Origin: Pseudomonadota bacterium
GTDB lineage: Bacteria; Pseudomonadota; Alphaproteobacteria; Rhodobacterales; Rhodobacteraceae
Direction of reading: 5' to 3'
NCBI GenBank assembly: GCA_038757905.1
Contig: JBCDGG010000003.1
Span: forward strand, 7,033-71,032
Length of the DNA stretch: 64,000 bases
This document shows, piece by piece, positions 37,291 through 46,260 of this stretch. The notes beneath the pieces were generated by a model. It worked only from the letters and a program-made list of their open reading frames with translations, made no database searches and was not told the DNA's origin. Position numbers and translations under genes: made by a program. How positions within the stretch are numbered: the stretch's first letter is position 1; each line of letters begins with the position of its first letter.

Positions 37291-39609
37291 ATGCACGACG
37301 ATCAGGCCGATGGCATCCAAGAGGCGCCCGATGCGGAGGATCCCGGCGCAGACGTCCATTCCGCACCGCTGCATTACCACGAGCACCCGCGCCCCGGAAA
37401 ACTCGAGATCCGCGCCACCAAGCCGCTGGCGAACGGGCGCGATCTGGCCCTCGCCTACTCTCCCGGCGTGGCCGAAGCGTCGATGCAGATCGCCGACGAT
37501 CCCGCCTCGGCCTCGCGCTTCACGAGCCGCGGCAACCTCGTCGCCGTGGTCTCCAACGGTTCCGCCGTGCTCGGCCTCGGCAATATCGGGGCGCTGGCCT
37601 CCAAGCCGGTGATGGAAGGCAAGGCGGTTCTGTTCAAGAAGTTCGCCTCCATCGATTGTTTCGACATCGAAGTGAATGAGAGCGACCCCGAGAAACTGGC
37701 GGAGATCGTCTGCGCGCTGGAGCCCACCTTTGGGGCCATCAACCTCGAAGACATCAAGGCACCGGACTGTTTCATCGTCGAACGTATCTGCCGCGAGCGG
37801 ATGAACATCCCCGTCTTCCATGACGACCAGCACGGCACAGCGATCGTCGTCGGCGCGGCCGCGACGAACGCCCTGCGCGTGGCGCGGAAGTCCTTCTCGG
37901 ACATCAAGGTGGTGAGCACCGGCGGCGGGGCTGCCGGGATTGCCTGCCTCAACATGCTTCTGAAGCTCGGGGTTAAACGTGAAAACGTCTGGCTATGCGA
38001 TGTCCAAGGCCTCGTCTACGAAGGTCGCTCCGAGGATATGACCCCGCAAAAGGCCGCCTTCGCTCAGGCGACCGACAAGCGCACCCTCGGCGAGGTGATC
38101 GACGGGGCCGATCTCTTTCTCGGGCTCTCCGGCCCGCGCGTGCTGAGCCGTGAGATGGTGGGCAAGATGGCGGGCCCGCCGATCATCTTCGCGCTGGCCA
38201 ACCCGACGCCGGAGATCGAGCCGGACGAGGTGCGCGCCGTCGCGCCGGATGCCATCATCGCGACGGGCCGTTCCGATTATCCCAATCAGGTCAACAACGT
38301 GCTCTGCTTTCCGTTCATCTTCCGGGGCGCGCTCGATGTCGGCGCGACGGAGATCAACGACGCGATGCAGATCGGCTGTATCGAGGGCATCGCCGCCCTC
38401 GCCCGCGCAACCACGAGCGCCGAAGCGGCCGCGGCCTATCGCGGCGAGCGGCTGACCTTCGGCGCCGATTATCTGATCCCGAAGCCCTTCGATCCGCGGC
38501 TGATCGGCGTCGTCGCCTCCGCCGTGGCCAAGGCCGCGATGGAATCGGGCGTTGCCACGAAGCCGATGCCCGACCTGAAGGCCTATCGCGAGCGGCTCGA
38601 CGGCTCCGTCTTCCGGTCGGCGCTTCTGATGCGCCCGGTCTTCGCCGCCGCCGCCCAGGCCGCCCGCACCATCGCCTTCGCCGAGGGCGAGGACGAGCGT
38701 GTGTTGCGCGCCGCACAGGCCATGATCGAAGACACGACCGACAGCCCGATCCTGATCGGCCGTCCCCGCGTCGTCGAAGCGCGCTGCGAGCAGGCCGGGC
38801 TGACGATTCGACCGGGCCGGGATTTCGACCTCGTCAATCCGGAGGACGACCCGAGGTATCGCGAGTATTGGGAGACCTACCATACGATCATGGCCCGCCG
38901 CGGTGTGACGCCGGATCTCGCCCGGGCGATCATGCGCACCAACACCACGGCGATTGCCGCGATCATGGTCTACCGGGGCGACGCCGACAGCATGATATGC
39001 GGCACCTTCGGGCAATATCTTTGGCACTTGAACTATGTGCGGCAAGTGCTTGCGAACAGAGAGAGAAGCCCGTGTGGCGCCCTGTCTCTGATGATCCTGG
39101 AGGACGGCCCGCTCTTCATCGCCGACACGCAGGTTCATCAGGTGCCGACACCGGAGGAGATCGCCCGATCCGCCATAGGCGCAGCGCGGCACGTCAAACG
39201 CTTCGGTCTGACCCCTAAAGTGGCGCTCTGCTCGCATTCCCAGTTCGGCAACATGGACAGCGATTCTGGCCGCCGGATGCGCGCGGCGATGGATGTGCTG
39301 GCAACGCAGGAGGTGGACTTCGAGTTCGAGGGCGAGATGCATGTCGACGCCGCGCTCGACCCGGCATTGCGTGCCCGCCTGCTGCCCGACAGCCGGATCG
39401 AGGGTGCCGCGAACGTTCTGATCTTTAGCTCGGCCGACGCCGCATCGGGCGTGCGCAACGTGCTGAAGATGAAGGCCGGGGGGCTGGAGGTTGGCCCGAT
39501 CCTAATGGGGATGGGCAACACGGCGCATGTGGTCACCCCGTCGATCACCGCGCGGGGCTTGCTCAACATGTCCGCCGTGGCCGGAACGCCCGTGGCCCAT
39601 TACGGCTAG
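37291..39609 (+). CDS. maeB: NADP-dependent malic enzyme (malic enzyme + phosphotransacetylase-like domain)
   Basis: 772 aa. AYSPGVA, VVSNGSAVLGLGNIGALASKPVMEGKAVLFKKFA and a C-terminal PTA-like domain. Confidence 0.92.
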   Translation: MHDDQADGIQEAPDAEDPGADVHSAPLHYHEHPRPGKLEIRATKPLANGRDLALAYSPGVAEASMQIADDPASASRFTSRGNLVAVVSNGSAVLGLGNIGALASKPVMEGKAVLFKKFASIDCFDIEVNESDPEKLAEIVCALEPTFGAINLEDIKAPDCFIVERICRERMNIPVFHDDQHGTAIVVGAAATNALRVARKSFSDIKVVSTGGGAAGIACLNMLLKLGVKRENVWLCDVQGLVYEGRSEDMTPQKAAFAQATDKRTLGEVIDGADLFLGLSGPRVLSREMVGKMAGPPIIFALANPTPEIEPDEVRAVAPDAIIATGRSDYPNQVNNVLCFPFIFRGALDVGATEINDAMQIGCIEGIAALARATTSAEAAAAYRGERLTFGADYLIPKPFDPRLIGVVASAVAKAAMESGVATKPMPDLKAYRERLDGSVFRSALLMRPVFAAAAQAARTIAFAEGEDERVLRAAQAMIEDTTDSPILIGRPRVVEARCEQAGLTIRPGRDFDLVNPEDDPRYREYWETYHTIMARRGVTPDLARAIMRTNTTAIAAIMVYRGDADSMICGTFGQYLWHLNYVRQVLANRERSPCGALSLMILEDGPLFIADTQVHQVPTPEEIARSAIGAARHVKRFGLTPKVALCSHSQFGNMDSDSGRRMRAAMDVLATQEVDFEFEGEMHVDAALDPALRARLLPDSRIEGAANVLIFSSADAASGVRNVLKMKAGGLEVGPILMGMGNTAHVVTPSITARGLLNMSAVAGTPVAHYG

Positions 39610-39629
39610 GGCGCACGGGGACGCGCCCT

Positions 39630-40349
39630 TCAGGCCGGCGACGGCTCTGCCGCGGCCTCCACGCCTAGGGCCGCGCCGAAACGGATGCGCACATCCCGCG
39701 CGTTCGGAAACAGCCGCGCCCGGGTGGCGTCGGGGATCCGCAGATCGCCCGATTTCCGGTCCTGCGTGCTGATCGCCAGAAGCTGCGGCTTCTGCCGCCG
39801 CGTGCATTCCAGAACCGCCGTGGGCAGGGCAACGCAGTTCACCCCGGGCGACAGGACCGACGCCACGAGATAGGTCAGCAGACGCCCCTCCCGCTCGATG
39901 GCACCCGGGACGTGATCCGCACCGCCCTCGGCCGGATCGGTCGGCGCGTCTGCCTGCAGGCGCAGATGCGCCGCGAACGGGTGCTTTCGCCCGCAACGGC
40001 GCTCGGCCAGCAACCCCCGGCACGCATACAGGATGTCGGGCCGGAGCGGCGTGACGCGGGGGGCCACCGCGGGCCGTTTGCGGCCCATCGTGGCGCATTG
40101 GCGCTGATACTTCATTGCGTCCCGGGCCCCCGCGGGCGTCGAGAACGCATAGGCCTCGTCCTTGCACAGAAAATCGTAGGCGGCCTTGGCCTGGATGAAG
40201 CCGGTCTGGTCGCCGCCATGCCGATCGGGGTGCATCTCGAAGGCGACGCGGCGCCATGCGGCCCGGATTTCTTCCGGATCGGAGCCGTGGTTGACCCCCA
40301 GCAACTCGTAGGCGAGCGCCCGTGCCCGCACCCGATCAATCGGCCCCAT
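39630..40349 (-). CDS. J-domain (DnaJ-like) protein with an uncharacterised C-terminal region
   Basis: N-terminal AYELLGVNHGSDPEEIRAAWRRVAFEMHPDRHGGD with an HPD tripeptide. The remaining ~170 aa have no motif I recognise. Confidence 0.7.
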   Translation of the reverse strand: MGPIDRVRARALAYELLGVNHGSDPEEIRAAWRRVAFEMHPDRHGGDQTGFIQAKAAYDFLCKDEAYAFSTPAGARDAMKYQRQCATMGRKRPAVAPRVTPLRPDILYACRGLLAERRCGRKHPFAAHLRLQADAPTDPAEGGADHVPGAIEREGRLLTYLVASVLSPGVNCVALPTAVLECTRRQKPQLLAISTQDRKSGDLRIPDATRARLFPNARDVRIRFGAALGVEAAAEPSPA

Positions 40350-40665
40350 GGTAACCTCACACCGTCTACACCTCGAAAAGACTGCATGTCCGCCGCATTC
40401 TCGTCAAAATCTCCTTAGTTCCGTCATATTCTCGGCGACGATCCGCGGCGCTCTGCTGGATTGGCGACGTTACGTTAACGCTGAGGCCCGCACGGGCGCG
40501 GGCCGGACACATTTCCGTACCGATCCGCCGGGTGGCGCGGTGCGGTGCGGTGGACCGGCGGGCCCCGGCGTGGCAGGAGCGCGAGCGGCCGGTTGACAGA
40601 AATGGCAAGTAAGATAATTACCGGCAGCCAATCAGAAAAAGACAAAATCTTACCGGGAGGGCAGG

Positions 40666-41535
40666 ATGGAGGCCGCGAGTTCAGAGCATCCCAGGGGCGC
40701 CGAAGCCGTTGGGCGGCGTATAGAAACCACCGGCGGTGTCACGCACGTTCTAGCCAACATGCTCGGCGCCACGCTGCGCCCCGGTTGGCACGCGGACGCG
40801 CTGCGGGAGGGGGATGTCCTTCCGACGCTGTGGCACTGGGTGGCCTTTCCCCAGGATACGCCGATGGAGGCGATCGGCCCCGACGGGCACCCGGCGCTCG
40901 GCGCCTTCCTTCCCGATCTCGGGCTCGGGCGAAGGATGTGGGCCGGCGGCACGCTGAGCTTCCTGCAGCCGCTCCATGTCGGCGAGCCGCTGACCAAACG
41001 CTCCGAGATCACGGCCGTCGACTGGAAGCAGGCCGGCTCCGGCCCCCTTGCCATCGTCTCGCTCGCCCATGTCATCGAAGGCGCAAACGGCCCTGCGATC
41101 GAGGAAAGCCAGCAGATCGTCTACCTGCCGATCCCGGACAGCTACCGCCCGCCGAAGCCGATCCCGGCGCCGGACGGCGCGGCCTTCGAAGAAACCGTCG
41201 CGATCGATGCGGTGCGACTCTTTCGCTACTCCGCCGCGACGTTCAACGGACACAGGATTCACTATGATCGCCCTTACGCGACGCAGGTCGAGCATTACCC
41301 CGGCTTGATCGTCCATGGCCCGCTTCAGGCGACGCTGCTGATCGAGCGCGCGGTCCGCCACCGCGGCGGGACCCCGCCCATTCGGCTCACGCACCGGGGC
41401 GTGCATCCGATGTTCGACCATCAGCCCCTGAGGTTGCTCGGCCTCGACGAGGGGCAGACGATGAAACTGTGCACCGCAACGCGGCAAGAGGATGGGGGGC
41501 ATCAGGGGATGCAGGTCAAGGCGGAGTGGGCGTGA
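40666..41535 (+). CDS. MaoC/hot-dog-fold enoyl-CoA hydratase (3-methylfumaryl-CoA / itaconyl-CoA hydratase-like)
   Basis: 289 aa with two hot-dog halves. The C-terminal half (FRYSAATFNGHRIHYD..YA...GLIVHGPL) is MaoC-like. GGGAGG lies upstream. Confidence 0.7.
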   Translation: MEAASSEHPRGAEAVGRRIETTGGVTHVLANMLGATLRPGWHADALREGDVLPTLWHWVAFPQDTPMEAIGPDGHPALGAFLPDLGLGRRMWAGGTLSFLQPLHVGEPLTKRSEITAVDWKQAGSGPLAIVSLAHVIEGANGPAIEESQQIVYLPIPDSYRPPKPIPAPDGAAFEETVAIDAVRLFRYSAATFNGHRIHYDRPYATQVEHYPGLIVHGPLQATLLIERAVRHRGGTPPIRLTHRGVHPMFDHQPLRLLGLDEGQTMKLCTATRQEDGGHQGMQVKAEWA

Positions 41536-42746
41536 TGGGCCTGCTCACCGGCATGCGCGTGATCGAGGGGTCGGCCTTCGTCGCGATCCCGCTGGCTGGA
41601 ATGACCCTGGCCCAGATGGGCGCCGACGTCATTCGCTTCGACCGGCTCGAAGGCGGGCTCGACGCCAGGCGCTGGCCGGTCACCCAAGACGGCACGTCGC
41701 TGTTCTGGGCCGGGCTGAACAAGGGCAAACGGTCCGTGGCGGTGAACATGAAGGCGCCCGAAGGCCGGGATCTGATCACCCGCATCGTCACCGCCCCGGG
41801 AGACGACGCCGGATTGTTCCTGACCAACCTCCGCGTCCGCGGCTGGATGGACCATGAGACGCTGTCGAAGCTGCGCGCCGATCTGATCACGGTCACCCTG
41901 CTTGGGGACCGCCACGGCAACCCGGCGGTGGACTACTCCGTCAATCCGGCGCTCGGGTTCCCGATGGCCACGGGGCCCGAAGGCTCGACCGAACCGGTGG
42001 CCCATGTCCTGCCCGCGTGGGACTGTATCGCCGGAAACCTCGCAGTGTCGTCGCTGCTGGCGGCCGAGCGTCACCGATTGAGGACGGGGCACGGACAGGA
42101 GGTTGTCCTGGCGCTGAAGGATGTCGCCGCCGCCATGCTCGGCCATCTCGGCATCATCGGGGAGGTGGCCGTCAACGGTGTGGATCGCCAGAAGGCCGGG
42201 AATGCGCTCTACGGGGCCTATGGGCAGGATTTCGTGCTGGGGGACGGCGCGCGGATCATGGTGATCGGCCTGACCAACCGGCAATGGCGCGGTCTGGTCA
42301 AGGTCACGGGCACGGGCGATGCGATTGCGGCGCTGTCCTCGGCCACCGGGCTCGACCTGCGGGACGAGGGCAACCGCTGGCGCATGCGCGCGGAGATCAC
42401 GGCGGTCCTTGCGCCCTGGTTCCACGCGCGCACCCTGCCCGACGTCGCGCCCGCGCTCGACACGGCGGGGTTGACCTGGTCGGAGTTCCGCAGCTTCGCG
42501 CGCGCCGTCCATGAAGATCCCGACCTGTCTCTGGACAACCCGATGATGGCCGAGATCGCACAACCGGGCATCGGAACCTATCGCGTTCCGGGCCTGCCGG
42601 TGACGTTCGGGGCGGCGCCCCGCACAGCGCCCGTCCCCGCGCCGCTTCTCGGCCAGCATACCGAAGAGGTGCTGGCGGACGTCGCCGGGCTTGCCTCCGG
42701 CGAGATCGGCCGCCTGATGGATGCCGGGATCGTCGCCGGCCCCTGA
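41535..42746 (+). CDS. Family III (CaiB/BaiF) CoA-transferase, 2-methylfumaryl-CoA isomerase-like
   Basis: The start overlaps the hydratase stop. MGLLTGMRVIEGSAFVAIPLAGMTLAQMGADVIRFD is the family III N-terminal signature. About 400 aa. Confidence 0.75.
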   Translation: MGLLTGMRVIEGSAFVAIPLAGMTLAQMGADVIRFDRLEGGLDARRWPVTQDGTSLFWAGLNKGKRSVAVNMKAPEGRDLITRIVTAPGDDAGLFLTNLRVRGWMDHETLSKLRADLITVTLLGDRHGNPAVDYSVNPALGFPMATGPEGSTEPVAHVLPAWDCIAGNLAVSSLLAAERHRLRTGHGQEVVLALKDVAAAMLGHLGIIGEVAVNGVDRQKAGNALYGAYGQDFVLGDGARIMVIGLTNRQWRGLVKVTGTGDAIAALSSATGLDLRDEGNRWRMRAEITAVLAPWFHARTLPDVAPALDTAGLTWSEFRSFARAVHEDPDLSLDNPMMAEIAQPGIGTYRVPGLPVTFGAAPRTAPVPAPLLGQHTEEVLADVAGLASGEIGRLMDAGIVAGP

Positions 42747-42839
42747 AGCGATGCCTCCCGATCGCAGCGCAACGGATTGGTAACGGCCCCCGGGGCACAA
42801 CACGGCCATTCCGGAACGCGAACGGATCGGAGCGCACCC

Positions 42840-43958
42840 ATGCCGACCCTCTATTTCAGCGGCGATCACGTCGCCTTCTTCGATGGCATGGATGCCAACG
42901 GATCGAAGACCAAGTTCACCGGCGTCGAGAACCCGTTCCTGGCGTCCGATGTCGTCGAGATCGTCATCCGGGATTCCGACGTGGGCGCGAATGGCGAGTT
43001 CGATCCCCATATGGTGCGTTTCGAACAGGTGACTGTTGTGCGCGACGGGGTGCGCCATGACTTCGAGGTCGACGACGGCGCGAAGATCAAGGAATGCGGC
43101 GGCGGCAGCGCGCCCGAACAAGGCGATACCTTCTTCATCACGAATGACGAGGTCGAAGCGCCGTCCTCCGGCCCGTTTTCGGGGCTGGAGGACGGCAAGC
43201 TCGTGTTCTCGACCGATGCGACCTTCACCACCGGTCAGACCACGGCCATCGTCCGGTCGCAGAACCTGGACCTGAACGAGGATGGCGACACGCAGGACGA
43301 CGCGGAGGCCAAGAACGGCACGTTCAACGCCAAACCGGCCCTCAGCCCACCCTGCTTCGTCTCCGGCACGCGGATCCTGACCCCGCTCGGGGAGGTTCCC
43401 GTCGAGGCGCTGCGCCCGGGGATGGAGGTGAGCCTCGCCGGGGGCGAGCGTGCCCCGGTTCTGCTGACGGCCGCGTTCCCGCATCGCCTGTCCGGCTCGG
43501 GCGATCCCGTTCGCCCGGTGGTGATTCCCCCCGGGGCCCTCGGCCCCGGCCGGCCGAGCCGGCCGCTGCGGCTGTCGCCCCAGCACGCCCTGCCGATCTC
43601 TGATTCGCAATTGCCGGAGCTTCAGGACGCCGCAGCGGGACAGCCGGGGGCGTTCCTGCGCGCCAAGGCGCTTTGCGGCTGCCGCGGGATCTCGCAGCCG
43701 CCGCGCGCCGGGCGTGTGACCTATCACGCACTGCTCCTGCCCGCCCTGGGCGCGCTGGTTGCGGATGGGGCGCAGGCGCTGTCCCTCTGGCCCGGCCCGC
43801 GCGCCTTGCGGGCCATCGGGCCGGACCATGTCCGCTGGCTCGAACAGGTGTTTCCCGGTGTCTCGACAGCGCCGGAGCGGGCCTACGGGCCGCCGGGCAC
43901 GCAAGTCCCGCGATGGGCGGTCCGCGACGCGCTGGGCTACCTCGTCCGCGCCGCCTGA
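42840..43958 (+). CDS. Hint (Hedgehog/intein-like, Hint_2) domain protein
   Basis: CFVSGTRILTPLGEVPVEALRPGMEV ... RLSPQHAL ... VTYHALLL is the pattern of the Rhodobacteraceae Hint-domain family. The ~190-aa acidic N-terminal region has no signal peptide. Confidence 0.72.
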   Translation: MPTLYFSGDHVAFFDGMDANGSKTKFTGVENPFLASDVVEIVIRDSDVGANGEFDPHMVRFEQVTVVRDGVRHDFEVDDGAKIKECGGGSAPEQGDTFFITNDEVEAPSSGPFSGLEDGKLVFSTDATFTTGQTTAIVRSQNLDLNEDGDTQDDAEAKNGTFNAKPALSPPCFVSGTRILTPLGEVPVEALRPGMEVSLAGGERAPVLLTAAFPHRLSGSGDPVRPVVIPPGALGPGRPSRPLRLSPQHALPISDSQLPELQDAAAGQPGAFLRAKALCGCRGISQPPRAGRVTYHALLLPALGALVADGAQALSLWPGPRALRAIGPDHVRWLEQVFPGVSTAPERAYGPPGTQVPRWAVRDALGYLVRAA

Positions 43959-44114
43959 CCGCGCCGCCCGACCGCCCTTCCCGGCCGCGGCGCCACCCCT
44001 CAGGAGGGCCTCAATCGCGCCGCCCCGCGCCCACCGCAGGCGCGCGCATTTCGCCACCTTGCCGCGGGCGCCCCCGCTTGCCACAACCTCCCGGCGGAAG
44101 CGGAGGACTACACG

Positions 44115-46022
44115 ATGGGATACAAGGGTGTTTATGAGGCTGCGAAGGCCGATCCCGAGGCATTTTGGCTCAACGAAGCAGCGGCGATCGATTGGGTGTC
44201 GCCGCCGACCAGAGCGCTCTTCTCAGAGAACGCGCCGCTCTACGAATGGTTCGCCGACGCGCGGGTCAACACCTGCTGGAACGCGGTCGACCGGCATGTC
44301 GAGGCCGGGCGCGGCGCGCAGGTGGCCATCATCCACGACAGCCCCGTCACCGGGACGGTGCACAAGATCACCTATGCGGAGCTGAAGAACCGCGTCGCGT
44401 CGCTGGCCGGGGCCCTTCGCGCGAAGGGCGTCGAGAAGGGCGACCGGGTGCTGATCTACATGCCCATGGTGCCCGAAGCGCTGGAGGCCATGCTGGCCTG
44501 CGCGCGGATCGGGGCGATTCACTCCGTCGTCTTCGGCGGCTTTGCCGCGCATGAGCTTGCCGTCCGCATCGACGACGCCCAGCCCAAATGCATCATCGCC
44601 GCCTCCGCCGGCATCGAGCCGGGGCGCGTCGTCCACTACAAGCCCCTGCTCGACGAGGCGCTGCGTCAGGCCGAGTACGAACCTGCCTTCTGCGTCGTCT
44701 TCCAGCGCGAGCAGGAGGTCGCCCATCTCGAAGAGGGACGCGACGACGACTGGCATGCCTTCCAATACGGTGTCGAACCGGCCGAATGCGTGCCGGTGGA
44801 AGGCAACCACCCGGCCTATATCCTCTACACCTCCGGCACGACCGGCCAGCCCAAGGGCGTGGTGCGGCCCACCGCGGGGCATCTCGTCGCCCTGAACTGG
44901 ACGATGAAGAATATCTACGACATGAACCCCGGCGAGGTGTTCTGGGCCGCCTCCGATGTCGGCTGGGTCGTGGGCCACAGCTACATCTGTTACGCCCCAC
45001 TGATCCACGGCAACACGACCATCGTCTTCGAAGGTAAGCCCGTCGGCACGCCCGATGCCGGCACGTTCTGGCGCGTGATCCAAGATCACAAGGTGAAGTG
45101 CCTGTTCACGGCGCCTACGGCGTTTCGCGCCATCAAGCGCGAGGATTCCAAGGGCGCACTGGTGGGCGACTACGACATTTCCTCGCTGGAGAGCCTGTTC
45201 CTGGCCGGAGAGCGCGCCGACCCGGACACGATCAAGTGGGCCGAGACGACGCTGAACGTGCCCGTGATCGACCATTGGTGGCAGACCGAGACGGGCTTCG
45301 CCATCGCGGCCAACCCCATCGGAATCGAGCGGCTGCCCGTCAAGATCGGCTCGCCGTCGGTGCCCATGCCGGGCTGGGACGTGCAGGTGCTCGATGAGGG
45401 CGGGCATCCTGTGGCGCCGGGCACGCTTGGGGCCATCGCGATCAAGCTGCCCCTGCCCCCCGGCACGCTGCCGACGCTCTGGAACGCCGAGGCCCGCTTC
45501 CGCAAAAGCTACCTGGAGCAGTTCGCCGGGCACTACGAGACCGGCGATGCAGGCTACGTCGACGAAGACGGCTATCTCTACATCATGGCGCGCACCGACG
45601 ACGTGATCAACGTGGCGGGCCACCGCCTGTCCACGGGCGCGATGGAGGAGGTTCTGGCCGGCCATTCGGACGTGGCGGAATGCGCGGTGATCGGCGTGTC
45701 GGACGACCTCAAAGGGCAGTTGCCCATGGGGTTTGTGTGCTTGAACGCGGGCACGAACCGTCCGCACGTGGAAATTGTGCGTGAATGCGTCGCACTCGTC
45801 CGGGAACAGATCGGCCCGGTGGCTGCATTCAAACTTGCCTGCGTGGTGGACAGACTGCCCAAGACGCGCTCCGGCAAGATCCTGCGCGGCACCATGCAAA
45901 AGATCGCCGATGGTCAAGAATACAAGATGCCTGCAACCATTGACGACCCTGCCATTTTGGCGGAGATTCAAGAGGCGCTTGCAACGCTCGGTTATCCGAA
46001 GGCGGCGGCACCGACAGGCTGA
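44115..46022 (+). CDS. prpE: Propionate--CoA ligase (AMP-forming acyl-CoA synthetase)
   Basis: 635 aa. YTSGTTGQPKG, YETGDAGYVDEDGYLYIMARTDDVINVAGHRL, and a PrpE-like N-terminus with that length. Substrate range is inferred only. Confidence 0.75.
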   Translation: MGYKGVYEAAKADPEAFWLNEAAAIDWVSPPTRALFSENAPLYEWFADARVNTCWNAVDRHVEAGRGAQVAIIHDSPVTGTVHKITYAELKNRVASLAGALRAKGVEKGDRVLIYMPMVPEALEAMLACARIGAIHSVVFGGFAAHELAVRIDDAQPKCIIAASAGIEPGRVVHYKPLLDEALRQAEYEPAFCVVFQREQEVAHLEEGRDDDWHAFQYGVEPAECVPVEGNHPAYILYTSGTTGQPKGVVRPTAGHLVALNWTMKNIYDMNPGEVFWAASDVGWVVGHSYICYAPLIHGNTTIVFEGKPVGTPDAGTFWRVIQDHKVKCLFTAPTAFRAIKREDSKGALVGDYDISSLESLFLAGERADPDTIKWAETTLNVPVIDHWWQTETGFAIAANPIGIERLPVKIGSPSVPMPGWDVQVLDEGGHPVAPGTLGAIAIKLPLPPGTLPTLWNAEARFRKSYLEQFAGHYETGDAGYVDEDGYLYIMARTDDVINVAGHRLSTGAMEEVLAGHSDVAECAVIGVSDDLKGQLPMGFVCLNAGTNRPHVEIVRECVALVREQIGPVAAFKLACVVDRLPKTRSGKILRGTMQKIADGQEYKMPATIDDPAILAEIQEALATLGYPKAAAPTG

Positions 46023-46032
46023 CCTGCACGTA

Positions 46033-46054
46033 AACCTGCCCTTTTTGGCAGGTT
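46033..46054 (+). terminator. Hairpin aacctgcc-cttttt-ggcaggtt 11 nt after the prpE stop
   Basis: Perfect 8-bp stem with a 6-nt loop, read directly. There is no 3' T-tract. Confidence 0.5.
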
Positions 46055-46260
46055 GGAGGAGGGCGGTCCATTCCACTATGTTTCGCACAACCATGAGGCG
46101 TAAGCCTAATGGTTTCGATAGTATAGGTGTCGAGTAACTGCCTTTGGTCGCGCGGCTTTCCTGCTCTGGTGGGGTGCAGTCGCGCGACATCGGCAACGCC
46201 AGCCGGTTGTTTCCCGGTTGTTTTCGGCACTTTGTTGGGATCGGACCTTACGGAGGCCAC

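Noticed and set aside
40593-40618. Sigma-70-like promoter TTGACA ... GATAAT upstream of the hydratase/CoA-transferase operon.
   Set aside because: Both hexamers are good, but the spacer is only 14 nt and no alternative -10 appears at 16-18 nt. I left it uncalled.
46224-46240. Possible sigma-54 promoter (cGGCACtttgtTGGga) just upstream of the hybrid kinase start.
   Set aside because: The -24 GG/GCAC part fits, but the invariant -12 GC is missing (TTGG instead of TTGC) at either allowed spacing. That is too weak to call without a matrix score.
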